Source: Haliotis cracherodii
Taxonomy: Eukaryota
Assembly: GCF_022045235.1 (NCBI RefSeq)
Contig: NW_027266286.1
Coordinates: forward strand, 744,001 to 808,000
Reading direction: 5' to 3'
Length of the DNA stretch: 64,000 bases
The notes beneath the pieces were generated by a model. It was not told the DNA's origin and made no database searches. It saw only the letters and a list, made by a program, of their open reading frames with translations. Positions 51,498 to 61,490 of this stretch are shown in pieces. Every line of letters starts with the position of its first letter. The first letter of the stretch is position 1. The position numbers and the translations under genes are program-made.

Positions 51498-52064
51498 AAT
51501 TGGAAATCCCTCCCCTGTGAGAGTTCCAGTGGAGAGTCAGTCGCTTGTTGCCCTACATGTTGAGAGCGCTGACAGACTTGAGGATCAAACAGCCATAAAT
51601 CCTCTTGATTTCATCAACACGAGGACTCCAGGTCAGCGTACTGTCCAAGTGTGACATCTTACCTCAGTGGGGTGGGTCATTGCTGTAGATGTCAGCCATC
51701 TGTTGCCATATCTCAGACTCTGTTATTTACGGGGCTGTGACATGGTATAGATGGACTTTTGCTCACAACGCATAAAACAACATTTCGTCACTGCTTGATT
51801 AAAACACCTGCTTTGTGTAACTGCCTGCCATGAATAAATGTTTGGCGTGGATGGCTGCAACATTTATCACCTGCGTAGACTCACCACCGAGTCAGGTGTG
51901 CACCGAATGAAGAGTCAATGGATGCTGCACATGACCAGGCAGTAAAGTTCAGAAAATATGCACGTTGCATAAACACCTGCTTCAGTGGCATGGTTTTGTT
52001 GTGGTCTTCTGTTTAAGTACATTTGGGTTGGCTCATGTTAGAAGCTATTGATAGACACTGGTAG

Positions 52065-52490
52065 CTTCTGGTAGATATTGAAAGATATTGTAAATATTTG
52101 TAGATATTGTAAGATATTGTAAATAGTGGTAGATACTAGAAAATGTTGTAAATAGTGGTAGATACTAGAAAATGTTGTAAATAGTGGTAGATATTGGAAG
52201 ATATTGTAAATAGTGGTAGATACTAGAAAATTTTGTTAATAGTGGTAGATACTAGAAAATGTAAATAGTGGTAGATATTGGAAGATATTGTAAATAGTGG
52301 TAGATACTAGAAAATGTTGTAAATAGTGGTAGATACTAGCAAATGTTGTAAATAGTGGTAGATATTGGAAGATATTGTAAATAGTGGTAGATACTAGAAA
52401 ATGTTGTAAATAGTGGTAGATATTGGAAGAGATTGTAAATAGTGGTAGATACTAGAAAATGTTGTAAATAGTGGTAGATACTGGTAGAGA
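52065..52490. repeat. Minisatellite, 29-bp unit, two variants, about 14 copies
   Basis: gtaaatagtggtagatactagaaaatgtt / gtaaatagtggtagatattggaagatatt. Confidence 0.94.
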
Positions 52491-52534
52491 TAGTCAGGAC
52501 AAGCTCTGGTCGGTACATGATGGAGAGGTACAAC

Positions 52535-53062
52535 TGTGTTGTGCCCAATGGCCTTGTGTGTGTTGTGCCCCATGACCTTGTGTGTGTTGTGCCCAATGGC
52601 CTTGTGTGTGTTGTGCCCAATGGCCTTGTGTGTGTTGTGCCCCATGTCCTGGTGTGTGTTGTGCCAGTGTTTCTCCTGCTATCTGCATGACAACCATGTC
52701 CTGGTGTGTGTTGTGCCAGTGTTTCTCCTGCTATCTGCATGACAACCATGTCCTGGTGTGTGTTGTGCCAGTGTTTCTCCTGCTCTCTGCACGACAACCC
52801 ATGTCCTAGTGTGTGTTGTGCCAGTGTTTCTCCTGCTCTCTGCATGACAACCCATGTCCTGGTGTGTGTTGTGCCAGTGTTTCTCCTGCTTTCTGCATGA
52901 CAACCCATGTCCTGGTGTGTGTTGTGCTAGTGTTTCTCCTGCTATCTTCATGACAACCCATGTCCTGGTGTGTGTTGAGCCAGTGTTTCTCCTGCTTTCT
53001 GCATGACAACCCATGTCCTGGTGTGTGTTGTGCCAGTGTTTCTCCTGCTCTCTGCATGACAA
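52535..53062. repeat. Compound minisatellite: 24-bp unit x4, then 52/53-bp unit x8
   Basis: tgtgttgtgcccaatggccttgtg, then ccatgtcctggtgtgtgttgtgccagtgtttctcctgctatctgcatgacaa. Confidence 0.94.
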
Positions 53063-54114
53063 TCCTGCCTGCCCATGTTCAGGTCAAAACAACCTGCACT
53101 AAAATGGGAATCCAGAAATGTTCTCCAAGACAAACCTCCAGATTCTTGTTGAGTCTGAGATCAAACAGACTTTGAAGGATTGGACATTGGGGAGGCTGAC
53201 ATTTGACAAGACCTTCAATTATAAAACATAGAGGCCCAAGTGGTATTCATATTTTTATCACAATAACAAATAAATAATGAACCTCTTGTCACAAATCTCA
53301 AAAAGTGTCTTTCTTAACGGGTGTGCAGCCCTGTTCCTGAAAATACTGGGGAAGAAAATAATTTGAAATTTACAAAAAGAAAGAAATTGTTCACAGAACA
53401 ATAACAAAAATATTATTGCCTGGCTCCTTTCTTCAGAGAAACAACAAATGTCTTATAAATGTGCTGAGTGAAACAGTCAAACAAAACACATCCCACCCCA
53501 ACCCCCACCCCTCTCAGTACAGAAGACACCAGTAGGACTGTACCAGGTAGTGCTGTATGCTCAGTGGGAAATGTCATCTCTTGTCAGTAGATCAAATCTT
53601 TATAATGTTTTTACTTGTTGTTTAAGCAGGATTTGCCTGTAGCAATAACAGAGTTAACAAAACCCTCCACTAAGTCTCACACTTTTATTGCCAGATCCCC
53701 CCCTCAAGCTTCAGCCTGGATGAGAAATGCTAGCTCCATCTATACATTACATACAGCACTCTGTCCCTTGGCTTACAACCTCACACTTGATGTTATCATA
53801 TTCAACACGTGGGCTGCCAGCTCTCGGTCTGGGCAGGTCTGTCAGAAACTTATGATCCTGGGTTCAAATCTGGGTTTACCCTGTTTATGTTTCTAGGTGT
53901 GTTGCACTAGACCCATGCTCATCAGCCTTCAAACTTCCCACTTTCCCGAGACTGAACTGTGCTGCGGACAGTTAAATATCCAATGATGGTAGTCCTCAGT
54001 GACTAGTGTTTGTTTGTTTGTTTGTTTGTTTGTTTGTTTGTTTGTTTGAGGCCAGATGTTTGTTTCTGTGTTGTTTAACGCTGCACTCAGAAATAGTCCA
54101 GCTATATGACAGTG

Positions 54115-54207
54115 CATCACTTGCTTGATAAAGGTGTTAGGATCTACACCGAAACGTCGCACTAATTGTAATAAAGAAGTTGTTCATCCGTAGAACTCGT
54201 CTTACTT
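54115..54207 (+). mobile_element. Penelope-like element (PLE) terminal fragment inserted in a SINE
   Basis: Perfect 12-bp direct repeat tatatgacagtg at 54103-54114 and 54208-54219 flanks a 93-bp insert interrupting a minus-strand SINE. The insert has a hammerhead core followed by AATAAA (54170-54175). Confidence 0.7.
54122..54161 (+). ncRNA. Minimal type I hammerhead ribozyme (U3:A8 variant, extra A after A9)
   Basis: TGC-TTGATAA-A-GGTGT(taggatct)ACACC-GAAA-CG-TC-GCA. Stem I is TGC/GCA, stem II is GGTGT/ACACC, palindromic ACGT replaces stem III, and the cleavage triplet is GUC. Confidence 0.7.
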
Positions 54208-54344
54208 TATATGACAGTGGTCTGTAAATAATAAAGTCTGGACCAGACATTCCAGTGATTGACATCATGAGCATCAATTGGGATACGATGACATGCATCA
54301 AAAAAGTCAGCGAGCCTGACCACTCGAACCCATTAGTCGCCTCT

Positions 54345-54972
54345 TATGACAAGCCTAGTTTCCTATTACAACAAGCCTAGTCTCCTATTACGACAAGCCT
54401 AGTTTCCTATTACGGCAAGCCTAGTTTCCTATTATGACAAGCCTAGTTTCCTATTACAACAAGCCTAGTTTCCTATTACGGCAAGCCTAGTCTCCTATTA
54501 CTGCAAGCCTAGTTTCCTATTACGACAAGCCTAGTTTCCTATTACGGCAAACCTAGTTTCCTATTACGACAACCCTAGTTTTCTATTACAGCAAGCCTAG
54601 TCTCCTATTACGGCAAGCATAGTTTCCTATTACGACAAGCCTAGTTTCCTATTACGGCAAGCCTAGTTTCCTATTATGACAAGCCTAGTTTCCTATTACG
54701 ACAACCCTAGTTTCCTATAACGGCAAGCCTAGTCTCCTATTACGACAAGCCTAGTCTCCTATTACGACAAGCCTAGTCTCCTATTACAGCAAGCCTAGTT
54801 TCCTATTACGACAACCCTAGTTTCCTATTACGGCAAGCCTAGTCTCCTATTACGGCAAGCCTAGTTTCCTATTATGACAAGCCTAGTTTCCTATTACGAC
54901 TCCCCTAGTCTCCTATTACGACAAGCCTAGTCTCCTATTACAACAAGCCTAGTTTCCTATTACGAAAAGCAT
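54345..54972. repeat. SINE-derived minisatellite, 22-bp unit, about 28 copies
   Basis: gacaagcctagtttcctattac, continuous with the minus-strand SINE A and ending in aagcatgg. Confidence 0.95.
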
Positions 54973-55784
54973 GGCAATCATTCTGAACCAGTTCTCAATG
55001 CTTCAAAATTACAAACTGGAACCAAAAATAACTAACACAAAATGTAAACATTGTAAACATAGTAAACATAGTAAACATTTTGTTCTTGTTAAATCAGGAT
55101 GAGCTACAAACTTAACATTTTTATGAGACTACGCATGGGTTTTGCTTAAGTGGAAATGTCTAAGACCTACATAACTGCAGGTATTCATCCCACATCAAGC
55201 TCACACACTGAAATACCTAAAATACTGTTCAGAGTGACATTAGACTGACTCACTCACTGTAGCTACTGATGCCATCAGCTGTTACTTGCTCACACACCCA
55301 TGGCTATACAGTTCCAAAGTAAAGTGTATTGAGTCACAGAGCCCTCGGCCAAACAGCCAGGCCGCTATCTCACAGCATTTGGGGAAGTAATATTCACTGA
55401 ATGCATGATTGTGTGTGTGTCTCATGTAGGAATATGCCTTCCTCTGTCAAGATAAATCTATTTAAAACTCTGTTTTTCAATGCACTGACACAGTGATATT
55501 CTGAAATATGACTTGTAATAACTGTCCTCGAACTCTGAATTAGCATATAGATTTATTTAATCTTTCCTCAGGAGATATTTATGTTTGTGTGTCGGTGAAA
55601 TGGCCTGATCTGTTATTATGTAACCCTTCCTAATGTCTTCTTCCTCCTAGTTTCAAAAGCACCTAAAAAGTGTATAACCTTTTGTCGGGCACAATAATCT
55701 GTATGAGGAAGCAGTGTGTAGTGTCGGTGTGGACTTTGTTTTATGATGGTTAGGTTAGGTTCTTGAGAATATTTCCATTTTGAT

Positions 55785-55847
55785 ACCTGTGAAGATCCGG
55801 GTTAGAATTGATCTTCAGCAACCCATGCTTGTTGAAAGAGGCGACTA
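55785..55847 (+). mobile_element. SINE family A 5' fragment
   Basis: acctgtgaagatccgggttagaattgatcttcagcaacccatgcttgttgaaagaggcgacta. Confidence 0.7.
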
Positions 55848-56019
55848 GCAACAGTTTGAGTTATAACAAGGAGTTATGGGCATGCTGATAAAAATAGGTT
55901 CAATCTGGGATTCAAACCCACTGCTAGCAGATCCTGGCACAGCTAGGGGATGTAACTCCTCCTCCTCACCTGAAGGCTGTTATTGACACTGGATACTGGG
56001 GTCACCAGTTGTATTCACA

Positions 56020-56398
56020 AATCATCAGTTTATAATATCAGTTGTCTGGGAATCTACATCATCAGTTTATGATATCAGTTGTCTGGAAATCTGCATCATC
56101 AGTTTATAATATCAGTTGTCTGGGAATCTGCATCATCAGTCTATAATATCAGTTGTCTGGAAATCTGCATCATCAGTCTATAATATCAGTTGTCTGGAAA
56201 TCTGCATCATCAGTTTATAATATCAGTTGTCTGGGAATCTACATCATCAGTTTATAATATCAGTTGTCTGTAAATCTGCATCATCAGTCTATAATATCAG
56301 TTGTCTGGAAATCTGCATCATCAGTTTATAATATCAGTTGTCCTGGAATCTGCATCATCAGTTTATAATATCAGTTGTCTGGGAATCTGCATCATCAG
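56020..56398. repeat. 37-bp tandem repeat, about 10 copies
   Basis: catcatcagtttataatatcagttgtctgggaatctg. Confidence 0.95.
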
Positions 56399-56941
56399 TG
56401 TATCTTCATAACGAAAACAGAATCTAGCAGAGTGAACAATACATTCAATAAACCAACATTCTTTGTAACTTTACACTGATTTATTATAACAATATGTATG
56501 AGAATGTTTGGAATGTGATGTTCTTTATGATGGTCAAGGTCGTGGTTAAGAAATAATTCAAGGAAACTACTTCTTGTTCAAGTAACTTGTGGCTGACCAC
56601 CATGTGTGGCAAGTCTCCGAGTTGATGGTTACACCCCACCAGCCACTGGCTATAAATGTGGCTTGGAACACATGTGGTTGAAAGTGATATTGCCACAGGT
56701 TTCTGTAATGAATGAAGTGTTTTGATATCTAAAAATATTACGACAACGTAATTAATGATATCCTGACACTTTCTTCATGCTCGGATGTGGGAGGCAAACA
56801 AACTCTCATCATGGCAGGATATAGCCATGTATGTAACAATGAGCTCAGATGATGAGGTACAGAATGGGATGCAGTTGCGCACACAGATGAAAAGTTCACA
56901 GGTGACAGAAATTCTGCAAACCTAAAATTACCAGCCTTATG

Positions 56942-57184
56942 GACCCGTGAATATCGGGGGGTAGAATAGGTCTTCAGCAACCCATCCTTGTCGTAAGGCG
57001 ACTAATGGGATCGGGTGGTCAGGCTCGCTGACTTGGTTGATGCATGTCATCGTATCCCAATTGTGTAGATTGATGTTCTTAATGTCCATCACTGGATTGT
57101 CTGGTCCAGACTCGATTATTAACAAAATGCCATCATTTAGCTGGAATATTGCTCAGTGCGGCATTAAACAACAAACAAACAAAC
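56942..57184 (+). mobile_element. SINE family A copy
   Basis: gacccgtgaatatc...gggtggtcaggctcgctgacttggttga...ggaatattgctcagtgcggcattaaacaacaaacaaac. Confidence 0.85.
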
Positions 57185-58007
57185 ATCTGGTCTCATGAGA
57201 ATCATAGGGAGTATATTATTTCTATTGGTTCTGCCATGATATGTAGAAAGCAAGTTAAGTATCCTGAGGCTAATGAAAAGATGTTGCCACAGAGACAAGT
57301 ATTCATGCACTGTTGTTACAGAAATAGGCTGCTCAGTCAGTTAGAAGTAAATTCCTCCAATTACTTCACCTCATTTAGTACAGTCAACAGTATCCTTCAC
57401 AGAGCTGTTCCCATAATTGCTGCTGCAGCAATTTGCCAGCTGCACTTAAGCATTTTTCTTTGTTTGAATGTTATTGTTCAGTAACTGACTTGTGACTGCC
57501 ATCTGATTAGGAACACAGTCAACAGATGATTCCATCTTGTGAATAAAAGGCTACAAGCATGGGTGCTGACAAACCTAGAGACATTATTGGGCGGACCCCA
57601 CTGTGAGTGAGTGAGTGAGTGTGCAATGTGAGTGAGAATTACTCAGTTGCCAAGACGATTTGATGTTAATCTAAATTGATCCCACCCTGACATAAAAGAG
57701 TATCAGTCAATATATGTGAACAGACATTGGTATTTGTATGTGTGTTTGTTATACGCCTTACCTGGTGTTGGCTGAGGCCGATGTAATATGAGATTGCAAA
57801 TGTAAAGGTTCCATGTAGTCACAGAGAGCCTCCATTGCCAGGTATGTACAGCACGGTCATTACAAGGTAACATGTTGGAATGGAAGTTTCATAAAGTAAG
57901 TTATATTTTACTGATTGAAGACACTGATGCAATACATGAAAAACATAATTACCATTAACTTCCATCCCCTCATTTACACTGCCACTCCTCAATTGCCCCT
58001 GAAACAT

Positions 58008-61000
58008 GTGCCCCTTACTCTCACTCTGACCCTCCACCCCAAACAGGTGCCCCCTCAATCTGTCCCTCCACCCCAAACAGGTGCCCCCACACTCTCACTC
58101 TGTTCCTCCACCCCAAACAGGTGCCCCCTCACTCTCACTCTGTCCCTCCATCCCAAACAGGTGCCCCTGCACTCTCACTCTGTCCCTCCACCCCAAACAG
58201 GTGCCCCCGCACTCTCACTCTGTCCCTCCACCCCAAACAGGTTCCCCCTCACTCTCACTCTGTCCCTCCACCCCAAACAGGTGCCCCCGCACTCTCACTC
58301 TGTCCCTCCATCCCAAACAGGTTTCCCCTCACTCTCACTCTGTCCCTCCATCCCAAACAGATTCCCCCTCACTCTCACTCTCTACCTCCATCCCAAACAG
58401 GTGCCCCCTCACTCTCACTCTGTCCCTCCATCCCAAACAGGTTCCCCCTCACTCTCACTCTCTACCTCCATCCCAAACAGGTGCCCCCGCACTCTCACTC
58501 TGTCTCTCCACCCCAAACAGGTGCCCCCTCAATCTGTCCCTCCACCCCAAACAGGTGCCCCCTCACTCTGTCCCTCCACCCCAAACAGGTGCCCCCTCAA
58601 TCTGTCCCTCCACCCCATACAGGTGCCCCCTCAATCTGTCCCTCCATCCCAAACAGGTGCCCCCTCACTCTGTCCCTCCACCCCAAACAGGTGCCCCCTC
58701 AATCTGTCCCTCCATCCCAAACAGATGCCCCCTCACTCTGTCCCTCCATCCCAAACAGATGCCCCCTCAATCTGTCCCTCCACCCCAAACAGGTGCCCCC
58801 TCAATCTGTCCCTCCATCCCAAACAGATGCCCCCTCACTCTCACTCTCTACCTCCACCCAAAAAAGGTGCCCCCGCACTCTCACTCTGTCCCTCCATCCC
58901 AAACAGGTGCCCCCTCACTCTCACTCTGTCCCTCCATCCCAAACAGGTGCCCCCTCACTCTCACTCTGTCCCTCCACCCCAAACAGGTGCCCCCGCACTC
59001 TCATTCTGTCCCTCCACCCCAAACAGGTGCGCCCTCACTCTCACTCTGTCCCTCCATCCCAAACAGGTGCCCCCTCACTCTGTCCCTCCATCCCAAACAG
59101 GTGCCCCCCACTCTCACTCTGTCCCTCCACCCCAAACAGGTGCCCCCGCACTCTCACTCTGTCCCTCCACCCCAAACAGGTGCCCCCGCACTCTCACTCT
59201 GTCCCTCCATCCCAAACAGATTCCCCCTCACTCTCACTCTCTACCTCCATCCCAAACAGGTGCCCCCTCACTCTCACTCTGTCCCTCCATCCCAAACAGG
59301 TTCCCCCTCACTCTCACTCTCTACCTCCATCCCAAACAGGTGCCCCCGCACTCTCACTCTGTCTCTCCATCCCAAACAGGTGCCCCCTCACTCTCACTCT
59401 CTACCTCCATCCCAAACAGGTGCCCCCGCACTCTCACTCTGTCTCTCCATCCCAAACAGGTGCCCCCGCACTCTCACTCTCTACCTCCACCCAAAACAGG
59501 TGCCCCCTCACTCTCACTCTCTACCTCCATCCCAAACAGGTGCCCCCGCACTCTCACTCTGTCTCTCCATCCCAAACAGGTGCCCCCTCACTCTCACTCT
59601 CTACCTCCACCCAAAACAGGTGCCCCCTCACTCTCACTCTGTCCCTCCACCCCAAACAGGTTCCCCTCACTCTCACTCTGTCCCTCCACCCCAAACAGGG
59701 GCCCCCGCACTCTCACTCTCTACCTCCATCCCAAACAGGTTCCACCTCACTCTCACTGACCCTCCACCCCAAACAGGTTCCCCCTCACTCTTATTCTGTC
59801 CCTCCACCCCAAACACAGGTGACCCCTCACTCTGTCCCTCTATCCCAAACAAAGGTGCCCCCTCACTCTGTCCCTCCACCCCAAACACAGGTGCCCCCTC
59901 ACTCTGTCCCTCCATCCCAAACAGGTGCCCCCTCACTCTGTCCCTCCATCCCTAACAGGTGCCCCCTCATTCTGTCCCTCCATCCCAAACACAGGTGCGC
60001 CCTCACTCTGTCCCTCCATCCCATACAGGTGACCCCTCTCACTCTCTACGTTCACCCCAAACAGTTTCCCCCTCACTCTGTCCCTCCACCCCAAACAGGT
60101 GCCCCCTCACTCTCACTCTGTCCCTCCACCCCAAACAGGTGCCCCCTCACTTTCACTCTGTCCCTCCACCCCAAACAGGTGCCCCCGCATTCTCACTCTC
60201 TACCTCCATCCCAAACAGGTTCCACCTCACTCTCACTGACCCTCTACCCCAAACAGGTTCCCCCTCACTCTTATTCTGTCCCTCCACCCCAAACACAGGT
60301 GCCCCTCACTCTGTCCCTCCATCCTAAACAGGTTCTCCCTCACTCTGTCCCTCCATCCTAAACAGTTTCCCCCTCACTCTGTCCCTCCATCCTAAACAGG
60401 TTCCCCCTCATTCTGTCCCTCCATCCCCAACAGGTGCCCCCTCACTCTCACTCTGTCCCTCCATCCCAAACAGGTGCCCCCTCACTCTGTCCCTCCATTC
60501 CAAACAGGTGCCCCCTCAATCTGTCCCTCCATCCCAAACAGGTGCCCCCTAACTCTCACTCTCTACCTCCACCCCAAACAGGTGCCCCCTCACTCTCACT
60601 CTGTCCCTCCATCCCAAACAGGTGCCCCCTCACTCTCACTCTGTCCCTCCACCCCAAACAGGTGCCCCCTCACTCTGTCTCTCCATCCCAAACAGGTGCC
60701 CCCTCACTCTGTCCCTCCATCCCAAACAGGTGCCCCCTCACTCTCACTCTGTCCCTCCACCCCAAACAGGTGCCCCCTCACTCTGTCTCTCCATCCCATA
60801 CAGGTGCCCCCCTCACTCTGTCCCTCCATCCCAAACAGGTTCCCCCTCACTCTGTCCCTCCACCCCATACAGGTGCCCCCGCACTCTGTCCCTCCACCCA
60901 TACAGGTGCCCCCTCACTCTGTCCCTCCACCCCAAACAGGTGCCCACTCACTCTGTCCCTCCACCCCAAACAGGTGCCCCCTCACTCTGTCCCTCCACCC

Positions 61001-61490
61001 CAAACAGGTGCCCCCTCACTCTGTCCCTCCACCCCATACAGGTGCCCCCTCACTCTGTCCCTCCACCCCATACAGGTGCCCCCTCACTCTGTTCCTCCAC
61101 CCCATACAGGTGCCCCCTCACTCTGTCCCTCCACCCCATACAGGTGCCCCCTCACTCTGTCCCTCCATCCCATACAGGTGCCCCCTCACTCTGTCCCTCC
61201 ACCCCATACAGGTGCCCCCTCACTCTGTCCCTCCACCCCATACAGGTGCCCCCTCACTCTGTCCCTCCACCCCATACAGGTGCCCCCTCACTCTGTCCCT
61301 CCACCCCATACAGGTGCCCCCTCACTCTGTCCCTCCACCCCAAACAGGTGCCCCCTCACTCTGTCCCTCCACCCCATACAGGTGCCCCCCTCACTCTGTC
61401 CCTCCACCCCATACAGGTGCCCCCTCACTCTGTCCCTCCACCCCATACAGGTGCCCCCTCACTCTGTCCCTCCACCCCATACAGGTTCCC
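58008..61490. repeat. C-rich minisatellite, 40/34-bp units, about 95 copies
   Basis: ccccaaacaggtgccccctcactct(cactct)gtccctcca. Confidence 0.98.

Larger units (their letters stand above)
54008..54345 (-). mobile_element. SINE family A copy interrupted by the PLE fragment and running into a 22-bp satellite
   Basis: (tttg)n tail, gtttaacgctgcactcag...[insert]...gtctggaccagacattccagtgattgac...cagcgagcctgaccac...tagtcgcctcttatgacaagc. Confidence 0.85.
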
